Assembly (NCBI GenBank): GCA_036733985.1
Contig: DAIMZM010000001.1
Location: forward strand, 36 to 64,035
DNA from: Bacillota bacterium
Lineage (GTDB): Bacteria; Bacillota; Dehalobacteriia; UBA4068
Direction: 5' to 3'
DNA length: 64,000 nt
The notes below the pieces were generated by a model that saw nothing but the letters and a program-made list of their open reading frames with translations, was not told where the DNA came from and searched no databases. Shown piece by piece: positions 19,137-28,081 of the stretch (positions are counted from its first letter, which is position 1; every line of letters starts with the position of its first letter). A program made the position numbers and the translations under genes.

Positions 19137-19709
19137 TCAAACGCTTTCGCTTTTTCGCCCCATGCAGACAAAGAGCAGCTTGGCCAGCCTTTTCGTCTCA
19201 TTGCTGTAGCAGATCTGCTTCTGCCGGCCATAACTGATGCAATCCCCGGTGTTCAGGTAATGGATATGTTCCCCGGTATCCGCCTTGATAATGCCATCCA
19301 GCACATAGGAGAAGCCCTCAGTCCCGGCAGGCGGCCAAAAGCCGTAATCCTTTTGCCCCCGGCCCGGCAGCAGGGTGATGATTTTGGCGTCAATGGCCAG
19401 ATCATCCCGGCCCGGGCCGGGAGCCTCGAAAAAATAACCCTGTTCCGGCTGGGAAAAAACCGCGTTTTCATAAGCATAGAAGATGCCGTCCTCCGGCCCG
19501 GCCGCGGCCCGGAAATCCAGCAGCTTATTGCTGCTGACGGCCAGGGCGGCGGAGATCTTGTCCAGGGCTTCCAGGGAAACCTGGACAATGCCCCGTTCCA
19601 CCTGGGATAAATAGCTGATGGAAAAGCCGGAAAGCTCGCTTAACTCGTTCAAGGTCATGCCCTGGGCTGTGCGCTGCTGTTTGATTTGCGCGCCTAAATT
19701 TTCTTCCAT
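19137..19709 (-). CDS. XRE-family HTH plus cupin-domain transcriptional regulator (paralog of 14332-14901)
   Basis: HTH (GMTLNELSELSGFSISYLSQVERG) plus cupin; first gene of the cluster. Confidence 0.85.
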   Translation of the reverse strand: MEENLGAQIKQQRTAQGMTLNELSELSGFSISYLSQVERGIVQVSLEALDKISAALAVSSNKLLDFRAAAGPEDGIFYAYENAVFSQPEQGYFFEAPGPGRDDLAIDAKIITLLPGRGQKDYGFWPPAGTEGFSYVLDGIIKADTGEHIHYLNTGDCISYGRQKQICYSNETKRLAKLLFVCMGRKSESV

Positions 19710-19879
19710 AACAGATCCCCCGGCACTAAAATAATTATCAGATTAAACAGTATTGAACATGGATTTGCGCGATTGGGAATTTTAATCTTTTTCAACACAC
19801 ATTTCAGTATTCCTTTAAATTTTAGGAAAAAATTAAAAAATTTTAAAATAAATTGTCGGTTCCCAGAAACAGGCCGCAG
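19710..19879. promoter_or_regulatory. strongly AT-rich intergenic region (A/T runs, likely UP-element/curved DNA) upstream of the hydantoinase cluster
   Basis: Base composition contrast with the flanking GC-rich coding sequence. Confidence 0.4.
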
Positions 19880-19911
19880 ACATAACAAAACGGGGCCGCA
19901 CTTGGGCCCCG
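19880..19911 (-). terminator. terminator of the M23-domain gene (CGGGGCC-GCACTT-GGGCCCCG then TTTTGTTATG)
   Basis: Hairpin plus T-tract on minus strand. Confidence 0.6.
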
Positions 19912-19959
19912 TAACGAACCAGGTATGCGCAACGCCGGCCAAAGGGTTGGGCGCTGCCT

Positions 19960-19987
19960 GCCGGTTATTTCAATAAAACCGGCTTTT
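19960..19987. other. AT-rich hairpin GCCGGTTATTTCAATAAAACCGGC followed by TTTT on the plus strand; orphan terminator-like structure
   Basis: No upstream plus-strand gene; may terminate an sRNA or act bidirectionally. Confidence 0.35.
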
Positions 19988-19997
19988 CACTTGCGCT

Positions 19998-20669
19998 TTA
20001 CTCAAACAGGTATTCCAGAGGGCTGACCTCCACATTATCTTTCAGCAAAGAAAAGGTCACTTCGCCGCTTTCCGTGACGCCAATAGCCTGGCCAATGGCC
20101 AGCTGCTGCCCGGCGCTGACCTCCACCTGGGAAAGTCCCTGGTAAACACTGGTAAAGCCGCCGCTGTGAGTCAGCTGAACCAAATAGCCTTCCTCGCTTT
20201 CACCCAGATACAGCACCTCCGCGTCTGCCGCGGCTTTCACGGTTTGCCCGGCGCTGCCCTGGATCAGGATGCCTTGCTCCGTGGCGAAGCCGGAGGCCGG
20301 CACATCCAGTTCCGTCACCACCACGCCCGAAGCCGGCGCTGTAAAGCGCGGCACTTCGTCGCTGCCGGCCAGGCTGCCGCTGCCATCCACCGCCACCGCC
20401 GGCGCCTCAGCATCAGCCTCAGCCCCGGCGCTTTCGCCCCCGCCAAAGCTGATCCAGCTATTCTCCGGCGCCAGCCCCTCGCCGGCCACATAGCGGGCGC
20501 CCTGGCCCCATAAATTATCCGCCGTGATGCCTGCCGCCACCAAAAGGAACAAGACCAGCGCCAGCCCGCTCTGGCGCAGCAATTGCTGAGGAAAGGTACG
20601 CTTTTTGCCAAAATCCCGGTCCCTGAGCCGCCGGCCGGCGCCGTAATCGTTCAGACTGCCCATATCCAT
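19998..20669 (-). CDS. membrane-anchored M23/LytM-domain protein with degenerate active site (SpoIIQ-like)
   Basis: N-terminal TM segment; LytM fold motifs (LTHSGGFTSVY...GQAIG...VTFSL...PLEYL) but HxH replaced. Confidence 0.65.
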   Translation of the reverse strand: MDMGSLNDYGAGRRLRDRDFGKKRTFPQQLLRQSGLALVLFLLVAAGITADNLWGQGARYVAGEGLAPENSWISFGGGESAGAEADAEAPAVAVDGSGSLAGSDEVPRFTAPASGVVVTELDVPASGFATEQGILIQGSAGQTVKAAADAEVLYLGESEEGYLVQLTHSGGFTSVYQGLSQVEVSAGQQLAIGQAIGVTESGEVTFSLLKDNVEVSPLEYLFE

Positions 20670-20770
20670 ACCTCCATCACCCCAAGGGTTTTGTATATAG
20701 ATATGCTTGACCGGTTGTTTCTATACTTGCCTGAAACCCCTTCTTTTACTTAAAAGCAACGGTATCCGGC

Positions 20771-21568
20771 TCAGCCCAGGGCCACGTCCAGCACCATCAT
20801 CACGGAAAAACCCACCAGGGTGAACAGGGCCATGAAATCTTTTTTTTCATTGGTCTGGCTTTCCGGGATCAGTTCCTCCACCACCACATAGATCATGGCT
20901 CCGGCGGCAAAGGCCAGGAGAAAAGGCAGGAATTGCCGGGCGGATAAAGCCATCAGCGCGCCGATCACGCCGCCGATGGGCTCAACCACCCCGCTAAGCT
21001 GCCCGTACATAAAGGCCTTGCCCCGGCTCATGCCTTCCCGGCGGAGGGGCATGCTGACGGCGGTGCCCTCGGGAAAATTCTGCAGGCCAATGCCTACGGT
21101 CAGCATGCAGGCAGCGGCCAGGGTGGCACCGGGCAGGCCGTAGGCCAAAGCGCCGAAAGCCACGCCCACGGCCATGCCCTCGGGTATATTATGCAGGGTG
21201 ATGGCAAAAATAAGCATCTGGCAGCGCTTGCGGGAACTTTTTTCCGCACTGGGCTGTTTTTCCAGGCGGCTGCTGAGCCGGTCGCCGGCAAACAGCAGCA
21301 GGCCGCCGCTGAAAAAGCCGCAGAAGACAATGGCCCAGCTGCAGATGCCCAGCTCCACCGCTAAATCAATCGCCGGTGACAGCAGGGACCAAAAAGAGGC
21401 GGCAATCATCACGCCGGCGGCAAAACCCAGCATGGCGTCCATCACGGTTTTATTGATCTGCCGGAAAAAAAAGACCAAAGCAGCGCCCAGCGCCGTTACG
21501 CTCCAGGTAAAAACAGTGGCCAGCAAGGCTTGGGTCACATGGCTCAGCTGGGAAAATCCTTCCATCAT
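20771..21568 (-). CDS. ZIP family metal (zinc) transporter
   Basis: HNIPEGMAVG and HNFPEG-like ZIP signatures, 8 TM. Confidence 0.9.
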   Translation of the reverse strand: MMEGFSQLSHVTQALLATVFTWSVTALGAALVFFFRQINKTVMDAMLGFAAGVMIAASFWSLLSPAIDLAVELGICSWAIVFCGFFSGGLLLFAGDRLSSRLEKQPSAEKSSRKRCQMLIFAITLHNIPEGMAVGVAFGALAYGLPGATLAAACMLTVGIGLQNFPEGTAVSMPLRREGMSRGKAFMYGQLSGVVEPIGGVIGALMALSARQFLPFLLAFAAGAMIYVVVEELIPESQTNEKKDFMALFTLVGFSVMMVLDVALG

Positions 21569-21734
21569 ACGCCCTCCGAATTTCCAGACATATGATAGAA
21601 TATGGCGGAGATTGCCGGTGGTGCATGGCCAGAGTTCTTTACCGGTTTACAGGAAACTGGGCTTGGACGGCGAATAGTATTTTTATGGAAAAGTTATTAG
21701 TGATAACAAATTGGGTTAAATAAAGGAGCAAACT

Positions 21735-22607
21735 ATGAGCGATTATATCATCCTGACCGACTCCTCCTGCGATCTTCCGGCCGAGTTGGCGGAAGAGCTG
21801 GGGCTGGAAGTCCTGCCCCTGGCTTTTGTCATCGACGGCCACACGTACCGGAACCTGCTGGACGGCAGCGAGATCGGCTTCCATGACTATTATGATCTGC
21901 TCAGGGCCGGCAAAACCGGCAGCACATCGGCTGTGAATATCGGCGCTTTCCTGGAGGCCATGCGTCCCCAGCTGGAGGCGGGTAAGGATCTGCTTTACCT
22001 GGGCTTTTCCAGCGGCCTTTCTGCCACTTTCAGCGCCGGCGCCACAGCCGCGGAGCAGCTCAGGGAAGAATTCCCGGAGCGGAAAGTCTATGCGGTGGAT
22101 ACCCTTTGCGCTTCCCTGGGCCAGGGCCTGCTGGTCTGGCACGCGGTTCAGCAGCAGCGCCAGGGCAAATCCATTGAGGAAGTCCGGGATTTCGTCGAGG
22201 AAAACAAGCTGCATCTTTGCCACTGGTTCACCGTGGATGATCTGATGCATCTGAAACGGGGAGGCCGCATTTCTTCCAGCACCGCGCTGCTGGGATCCGC
22301 CCTGAATATCAAGCCGGTGATGCATATGGACAACGAAGGCCTGCTGAAGCCGGTGGATAAGGAAAGGGGCCGGAAAAAAGCCCTGAAGGCCCTGGCCGAC
22401 CGCTTGCGGGATACCGCTATCGGCGCTGCTGCCCAGACGGTCTTCATCAGCCATGGCGACTGCCGGGAGGAGGCGGAATACCTGGCGGATGTGATCCGGG
22501 AGCAAAGCGGCGTCAGCCGCTTCGTCATCAACTATGTGGGCCCGGTGATCGGCACCCATGCGGGCCCGGGCGTGGTGGCCCTGTTCTTCCTGGGTACGGA
22601 ACGCTAA
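21735..22607 (+). CDS. DegV family fatty-acid-binding protein
   Basis: DegV/EDD fold sequence (ILTDSSCDLP, HxGPG C-terminus). Confidence 0.9.
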   Translation: MSDYIILTDSSCDLPAELAEELGLEVLPLAFVIDGHTYRNLLDGSEIGFHDYYDLLRAGKTGSTSAVNIGAFLEAMRPQLEAGKDLLYLGFSSGLSATFSAGATAAEQLREEFPERKVYAVDTLCASLGQGLLVWHAVQQQRQGKSIEEVRDFVEENKLHLCHWFTVDDLMHLKRGGRISSSTALLGSALNIKPVMHMDNEGLLKPVDKERGRKKALKALADRLRDTAIGAAAQTVFISHGDCREEAEYLADVIREQSGVSRFVINYVGPVIGTHAGPGVVALFFLGTER

Positions 22608-22658
22608 CAGGCGCCAGGCCCGCCCGCTGTTCCCCCGCCCCATCCCCTGCCCGAAATT

Positions 22659-22692
22659 AAAGCCTTGCGCTTAACAGCGCAAGGCTTTTTTC
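22659..22692 (+). terminator. terminator after the DegV gene (AAGCCTTGCGC-TTAACA-GCGCAAGGCTT then TTTTT); the stop codon of the convergent minus-strand gene sits in its loop
   Basis: Perfect 11-bp stem with T-tract. Confidence 0.75.
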
Positions 22693-23096
22693 CGCCCTTT
22701 TCCCCCGGCCGCCCCGCTTCTGCCGTATTTGCGGCGGCAGATTAAGAAAAGCGAACCGCAGAGCATAAAGGGCAGGCCAAAGACCAGAGCCATGTCCAAA
22801 TCTTTAAGGCCGCCGTTTATCAAATGAAAGATTGCCATACCCATACCGCCAATGATTTGCAGGATACCGCCGGTCTTTTCGTTGAATAGGGCAATCACCC
22901 ATCCCGCAATAGCCATGCCTAATAACGGGAGAAAGGGCAACAGCTCCGTATCAATGCCGTTTTGGATGATGCCGGGCAGGCCCTCGCCGACCAAAAACAG
23001 CAAGAAAAACCCGGAGGCGAAAAAGCCGGTCAGCCGCCCGGTCCATCTTAAAATCAGCCCGATACGCTTTCCGGATTCCTCAGCTTGATTTGCCAT
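22671..23096 (-). CDS. hypothetical membrane protein (4 TM, basic C-tail)
   Basis: Hydrophobic segments; GC-rich codon usage like the core genome. Confidence 0.6.
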   Translation of the reverse strand: MANQAEESGKRIGLILRWTGRLTGFFASGFFLLFLVGEGLPGIIQNGIDTELLPFLPLLGMAIAGWVIALFNEKTGGILQIIGGMGMAIFHLINGGLKDLDMALVFGLPFMLCGSLFLICRRKYGRSGAAGGKGRKKALRC

Positions 23097-23252
23097 GCCA
23101 ACCGCCTCATTTATAATAAGCCTCTAATCTTTATTTTAACGGTTTTGCTTGCCTTGTCAAGTTTCCCGCGCCGGTACCCTGCTCCATCTTTGATGGAGGA
23201 TCAAACCCATGGGGCCCTATCTGTTTTTTCACATTGTGGAGCATTTTCAGCC

Positions 23253-23480
23253 TCATTCAATGGGAACATGGTTTAAATGGGTTGATGTTCCTGATTTTTC
23301 AGGGGAATGTTCTTTTGTGTCCCGTACGTTTTCGTTAATGCTTCTGAGAATCTTCTTACCCATATCTTTTATCTGTGCCGACGTTTTCTCCGGCAGATGC
23401 TCAAACAGCTTCTCCGCCATATTCAGTTTTAAACCAATAATCCTGCCTATGCGTTCTTCATCCATTATACTCGCCTCCAA
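23253..23480 (-). CDS. small hypothetical protein (70-75 aa, helical, charged, no Cys, no TM)
   Basis: Overlaps the 3' end of the ATPase gene (translational coupling); low-GC codon usage matching the islet; start may be the internal MDEERIG (23465). Confidence 0.5.
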   Translation of the reverse strand: MEASIMDEERIGRIIGLKLNMAEKLFEHLPEKTSAQIKDMGKKILRSINENVRDTKEHSPEKSGTSTHLNHVPIE

Positions 23481-24633
23481 AACGGATTTTCAGCATTCCA
23501 TCCTCGAACGCCGCTTTTTTTATGGAACGGCTGAGAAGTGTCCGCGGCAGGGTAATGTTCCTTTTAACAGCTCCGGCCTTAACAATCAGTTCGTCACCCT
23601 TTTGATTCAGGGCAAGGTCTTTTTTCTCCGCAAAAGGAATCGTAAGGGAAAGGATATAATCGTCCCCGTCCTTATCCACCTGCTGTGTTCTGCCGTTATA
23701 GTCGATATCCGCCGGATTGCGGTCCTGAAATATCTCTTCGGCCATTCTGCCCAGCATCGTCCATCCGACCACCTCCGTCTCAAAAAGAGGCGCATAATAA
23801 ATCGGGATAGGCGAGAAACTTTCGACGATATCCTTTTTATATTTCCGCTGGATATCCTTCCAGCCCTTAAAATAATCGTCTGTGATGCTTTCCGGGAATA
23901 CGCGATTGACAACTACGGCGTCCACATTAAAATCATAGATATTGAGATAGGTAAAACTGCGTTGCGCCTCCTTTATAACCATTTTTTCAGGATTAACCAC
24001 AATCCGAATGCTTGTGGTGTTTCTATCCGAAAATATCGTCCGCATTTCATCCAGTTCATAGTATATGTGATCAATCTCATCCATCACCTGACCGGACGGC
24101 ATCGGAATTCCAGCCAATGCCCCAATGACAGGGCCGGCAACTTTTACGGCTTTCTTTTTGATCGGGAAGAGCTTTTCCATCCACCACCGGAGCATTTCAG
24201 GGAAACTTAAGAGCGCAAGCGTTTCGCCTGTCGGCGCGCAGTCGATGATGATTACGTCAAACCTGCCTTCTTTATAGTATTTCAGGATGCGCAGCAAGCT
24301 CAGAAGGTCCTGCATGCCGGGGAAAACTGTCAGTTCCTCTGTTGTTATATCTTTTACCGCCTTTGCCGTAAAAAGTTCAGTGAGATATTTCTGAACCTGC
24401 CCCCAGCCTTTTTCTACCTCATGGGTCGTATCGATCTCCTGGGCCCAAAGATTTTCTTTTATTTCCATCAGCTCGTTCGTTAACTTCATGTCAAAGGAAT
24501 CCCCCAGACTGTGGGCTGCATCCGTACTGATAACCAGCGTTTTTAATCCCCGACCGGCACTCTTCACTGCGGTGGCGGCCGCAACACTTGTTTTGCCGAC
24601 TCCGCCTTTTCCGGTATAAATGATAATCCTCAT
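23458..24633 (-). CDS. ArsA/Get3-family P-loop ATPase with C-terminal HSP20/CS-like beta-sandwich domain
   Basis: GKGGVGKTS deviant Walker A, DCAPTGET switch motif, single ATPase unit, no ArsA metalloid Cys triad; about 90-aa C-terminal domain resembling the ArsA-associated HSP20-like fold. Confidence 0.8.
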   Translation of the reverse strand: MRIIIYTGKGGVGKTSVAAATAVKSAGRGLKTLVISTDAAHSLGDSFDMKLTNELMEIKENLWAQEIDTTHEVEKGWGQVQKYLTELFTAKAVKDITTEELTVFPGMQDLLSLLRILKYYKEGRFDVIIIDCAPTGETLALLSFPEMLRWWMEKLFPIKKKAVKVAGPVIGALAGIPMPSGQVMDEIDHIYYELDEMRTIFSDRNTTSIRIVVNPEKMVIKEAQRSFTYLNIYDFNVDAVVVNRVFPESITDDYFKGWKDIQRKYKKDIVESFSPIPIYYAPLFETEVVGWTMLGRMAEEIFQDRNPADIDYNGRTQQVDKDGDDYILSLTIPFAEKKDLALNQKGDELIVKAGAVKRNITLPRTLLSRSIKKAAFEDGMLKIRFGGEYNG

Positions 24634-24711
24634 AAAAAGCCTCCTTCCGCATTTAATTCATAGTACGAATACTACTAAATACGAAGTAATTGACGAAAAA
24701 ATTTGCGGCTG

Positions 24712-25194
24712 TTAGTCGATTTCAATTTTCCGTATGGCATTTTCATGCTGTTGATTAGCCGCCTGCGCTACGGATTCCTCAGTTAAAATATTTAGGATTT
24801 TGCCTGCGATCTGAGCCAAAAAGCGTATTTCTTCCTGCGTCAGCTTATCAGCCACTTTGTTCATATATTCTGCAACAAGCTCTTTAAGTCTTTTGATCTC
24901 TTCAATTCCTTTTTCTGAAAGCCTCAGAACAACGATTCTCCTGTCTTGTTCACTTCTTTCCCTGATGATATAGCCGTTCTTAACAAGCCTGTTGATAATG
25001 CCCGTCGCCGTACTCAAGGGTGAATGGATATATTCCGCAAGCTCTGTCATAATGATTTCTTTTTTCTTTTCAATCAGCAGCAGAGCGAATATCTCTGTTT
25101 TAGAAAATTTCAGGTCAAAGCTAAGCCATTCTTCCGGGAAAAATAATTTTTTCAGGTTATTAAGCAATAGGTCTGTAACATATTCAGTGTCCAT
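24712..25194 (-). CDS. MarR family transcriptional regulator
   Basis: Winged-helix MarR core (TELAEYIHSPLSTATGIINRLVKNGYIIRERSEQDRR). Confidence 0.85.
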   Translation of the reverse strand: MDTEYVTDLLLNNLKKLFFPEEWLSFDLKFSKTEIFALLLIEKKKEIIMTELAEYIHSPLSTATGIINRLVKNGYIIRERSEQDRRIVVLRLSEKGIEEIKRLKELVAEYMNKVADKLTQEEIRFLAQIAGKILNILTEESVAQAANQQHENAIRKIEID

Positions 25195-25243
25195 AAAACA
25201 TTTTACCTCTCAAATAATTCTCTGAACGTACTATACGGAGCTA

Positions 25244-25272
25244 ATTATATTCGTCTTAACCATTTTTGTCAA
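25244..25272 (-). promoter_or_regulatory. consensus sigma-A promoter of the islet operon (TTGACA-17-TATAAT)
   Basis: Perfect hexamers with 17-bp spacer, about 45 nt upstream of the marR ATG. Confidence 0.6.
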
Positions 25273-25282
25273 TAGTAATAGA

Positions 25283-25323
25283 AAGGGTATTATCCCTCAA
25301 AAATATCAAGAGATAATACCCTT
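25283..25323 (-). other. AT-rich inverted repeat AAGGGTATTATC-N17-GATAATACCCTT just upstream of the islet promoter; ppdK terminator and/or operator
   Basis: 12-bp arms read directly, 76 nt downstream of the ppdK stop. Confidence 0.45.
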
Positions 25324-25398
25324 ACTTTATTTATGCTTATCCCCTAAAGCCTTGGTATATAAAAACTTTTTACCTCTGGCCGTCAGGGGGCGGACAAG

Positions 25399-28026
25399 CT
25401 AGGCCTCTTTAATAGCGGCCTGGGCGGCTGCCAGCCGGGCGATGGGCACCCGGAAGGGGGAGCAGGACACATACTGCAGGCCGATCTGATGGCAGAACTC
25501 CACAGAAGCCGGATCGCCGCCATGCTCGCCGCAGATGCCCAGATGGATATCAGGCCGGGTGGCTTTGCCCTTTTGAACCGCCATCTGCATCAGCTGGCCC
25601 ACGCCCTTGAAGTCCACCCGGGCAAAGGGATCGCTCTCGTAAATCTGCTTCTTGTAGTAATCATCCAGGAAAGCCCCGGCGTCGTCCCGGGAGAAGCCGA
25701 AGGTCATCTGGGTCAGATCGTTGGTGCCGAAGGAGAAGAACTCGGCCACCTCCGCGATCTCATCAGCCAGCAGGGCGGCCCGGGGGATCTCGATCATAGT
25801 GCCCACCAGGTAGTTCAGCTCAATACCGGCCTCGGCAATGATCTGGTCGGCCACCCTTTTCACGATATCCGCCACATATTTCAGCTCTTTCACATCGCCC
25901 ACCAGGGGGATCATGATCTCAGGCTGGATATTGTAGCCCTTGTTCTGCTTGACCTGAAGGGCGGCTTCAATAATGGCCCTGGTCTGCATCTCGGCGATCT
26001 CCGGATAGGTGACGGTAAGGCGGCAGCCCCGGTGGCCCATCATGGGGTTGAACTCATGCAGCGCCGCGGACCTGGCTTTTACCTGCTCAAAGCTGATGCC
26101 CATATCTTTGGCCAAGTCGGCGATGTCCTCGTCTTCCTTGGGCAGGAATTCATGCAGCGGCGGGTCCAGCAGGCGCACGGTGACCGGCCGTTCCGCCATG
26201 GCTTCGTAAATGCCGATGAAATCTTCCCGCTGCATGGGCAGGAGCTGATCCAGGGCCTGGCGGCGGGCAGCCTCGTTATCCGCCAGGATCATCCGGCGCA
26301 TCACCGGAATCCGGTCCTCGTTGAAGAACATATGCTCGGTGCGGGTCAGGCCAATGCCCTCGGCGCCGAATTCCACAGCCCGGGCCGCGTCCTTTGGCGT
26401 ATCCGCATTGGTGCGTACATGCAGCTTGCGGTACTGGTCGGCCCAGCCCATGAAGCGGCCGAAATTGCCGCTAATGGAAGCGGGCGCGGTTTTGATATCC
26501 CCGGCGTAAATCTTGCCGGTGGTGCCGTCCAGGGACATATAATCGCCCTCATGGAAGATATGCCCGCCCAGCTCCAGGGTTTTAGCCTCTTCATCGATCC
26601 TGGCTTCGCCGCAGCCGGCCACGCAGCAGGTGCCCATGCCCCTGGCCACCACGGCGGCATGGGAAGTACGGCCGCCCCGGGCGGTAAGGATGCCCTCGGC
26701 AGCCACCATACCTTCGATGTCCTCAGGCGAGGTCTCCGTCCGGGCCAGGATCACCCGTTCTTTGCGCTCATTATGGGCGATCTTGGCGTCCTCGGCGGTG
26801 AAATAGACGCGGCCGGCGGCAGAGCCGGGGCTGGCGGGCAAGGCCTGGCCGATGGGCTGGGCTTTGGCCAGTTCAGCCGGGTCAAAGGTGGGATGCAGCA
26901 GCTGATCCAGCTGCTTGGGATCCACTTTCATCAGGGCTTCCTTCTCCGTGATCATGCCTTCGTCTACCAGATCCACGGCCACCTGCAAGGCGGCGGCGGC
27001 GGTGCGCTTGCCGTTCCGGGTCTGAAGGAAATAGAGCTTCTTATCCTCAATGGTAAACTCCATATCCTGCATATCTTTATAATGGTTTTCCAGCCTGGTG
27101 GCGATTTCCACAAACTGCTGGTAAACCTCGGGCATATCCTGTTCCAGCACGGAGATGGGCTTGGGCGTGCGGATGCCGGCCACCACGTCCTCGCCCTGGG
27201 CATTGATCAGGTATTCGCCGAAGAGCTTCTTCTCGCCGGTGGCGGGATCCCGGGTGAAAGCCACGCCGGTGCCGGAGGTATCGCCCATATTGCCGAAAAC
27301 CATCATCTGCACATTGACGGCGGTGCCCCAATCGCCGGGGATATCGTTCATGCGGCGGTAGACGATGGCCCGGTCGTTATTCCAGGAGCGGAACACGGCT
27401 TTCACCGCGCCCAGCAGCTGTTCATGGGGATCGGCGGGGAAATCCTGGCCGATCTTGGCCTTGTATTCCGCCTTGAACTGCTCGGCCAGCTCCTGCAAAT
27501 CGGCGGCGGTGAGCTCGGTATCAAACTCCACGCCCCGGGCTTCCTTCATCTGGCCGATCAGCTGCTCGAAATACTTCTTGCCCACTTCCATGACCACGTC
27601 GCTGTACATCTGGATGAAGCGGCGGTAAGAATCGTAAGCAAAGCGGGGGTTGCCGGTCCTTTTGGCAAAAGCCGCCACCGCCTCGTCGTTCAGGCCTAAG
27701 TTAAGGATGGTATCCATCATGCCGGGCATGGAAGCCCGGGAGCCGGAACGCACCGATACCAGCAGCGGGTTTTCAATATCGCCAAACTTTTTACCGGAGA
27801 TCTTTTCCAGTTCAGCCATGGCCTCGTCGATTTGAGCGATGATCTCAGCGCTGATCGTCTCGCCATTTGCGTAATAGTCGTTGCAAGCTTCCGTCGTCAC
27901 CGTAAAGCCCTGAGGAATGGGCATGCCCAGGCGGGTCATTTCCGCCAGGTTCGCGCCCTTACCACCCAGCAGGTTCTTCATGCCGGCATCGCCTTCACGG
28001 AAATGATACACGAATTTTTTGCTCAT
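25399..28026 (-). CDS. ppdK: pyruvate, phosphate dikinase
   Basis: MSKKFVYHFREGDAGMKNLLGGKGANLAEM N-terminus, PEP-utilising His domain (GGRTSHAAVVARG), full length 875 aa. Confidence 0.95.
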   Translation of the reverse strand: MSKKFVYHFREGDAGMKNLLGGKGANLAEMTRLGMPIPQGFTVTTEACNDYYANGETISAEIIAQIDEAMAELEKISGKKFGDIENPLLVSVRSGSRASMPGMMDTILNLGLNDEAVAAFAKRTGNPRFAYDSYRRFIQMYSDVVMEVGKKYFEQLIGQMKEARGVEFDTELTAADLQELAEQFKAEYKAKIGQDFPADPHEQLLGAVKAVFRSWNNDRAIVYRRMNDIPGDWGTAVNVQMMVFGNMGDTSGTGVAFTRDPATGEKKLFGEYLINAQGEDVVAGIRTPKPISVLEQDMPEVYQQFVEIATRLENHYKDMQDMEFTIEDKKLYFLQTRNGKRTAAAALQVAVDLVDEGMITEKEALMKVDPKQLDQLLHPTFDPAELAKAQPIGQALPASPGSAAGRVYFTAEDAKIAHNERKERVILARTETSPEDIEGMVAAEGILTARGGRTSHAAVVARGMGTCCVAGCGEARIDEEAKTLELGGHIFHEGDYMSLDGTTGKIYAGDIKTAPASISGNFGRFMGWADQYRKLHVRTNADTPKDAARAVEFGAEGIGLTRTEHMFFNEDRIPVMRRMILADNEAARRQALDQLLPMQREDFIGIYEAMAERPVTVRLLDPPLHEFLPKEDEDIADLAKDMGISFEQVKARSAALHEFNPMMGHRGCRLTVTYPEIAEMQTRAIIEAALQVKQNKGYNIQPEIMIPLVGDVKELKYVADIVKRVADQIIAEAGIELNYLVGTMIEIPRAALLADEIAEVAEFFSFGTNDLTQMTFGFSRDDAGAFLDDYYKKQIYESDPFARVDFKGVGQLMQMAVQKGKATRPDIHLGICGEHGGDPASVEFCHQIGLQYVSCSPFRVPIARLAAAQAAIKEA

Positions 28027-28081
28027 ACATCTTCCTCCAATTTATTAAATATAGTCCGGGAAACCATGGGTGAAAGCTGTT

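Larger units (their letters stand above)
23097..25398. other. low-GC islet (visibly AT-richer than the flanks) carrying the MarR / ArsA-HSP20 ATPase / small-protein operon; likely horizontally acquired, no integrase or terminal repeats seen
   Basis: Abrupt compositional shift at both borders; coding sequences here use A/T-ending codons unlike neighbours. Confidence 0.6.

Noticed and set aside
20670-20770. Sigma-F/sigma-G type sporulation promoter upstream of the SpoIIQ-like M23 gene
   Set aside because: A GCATA element is present, but the downstream -10 does not fit GGnnAnAHTR at the correct spacing.
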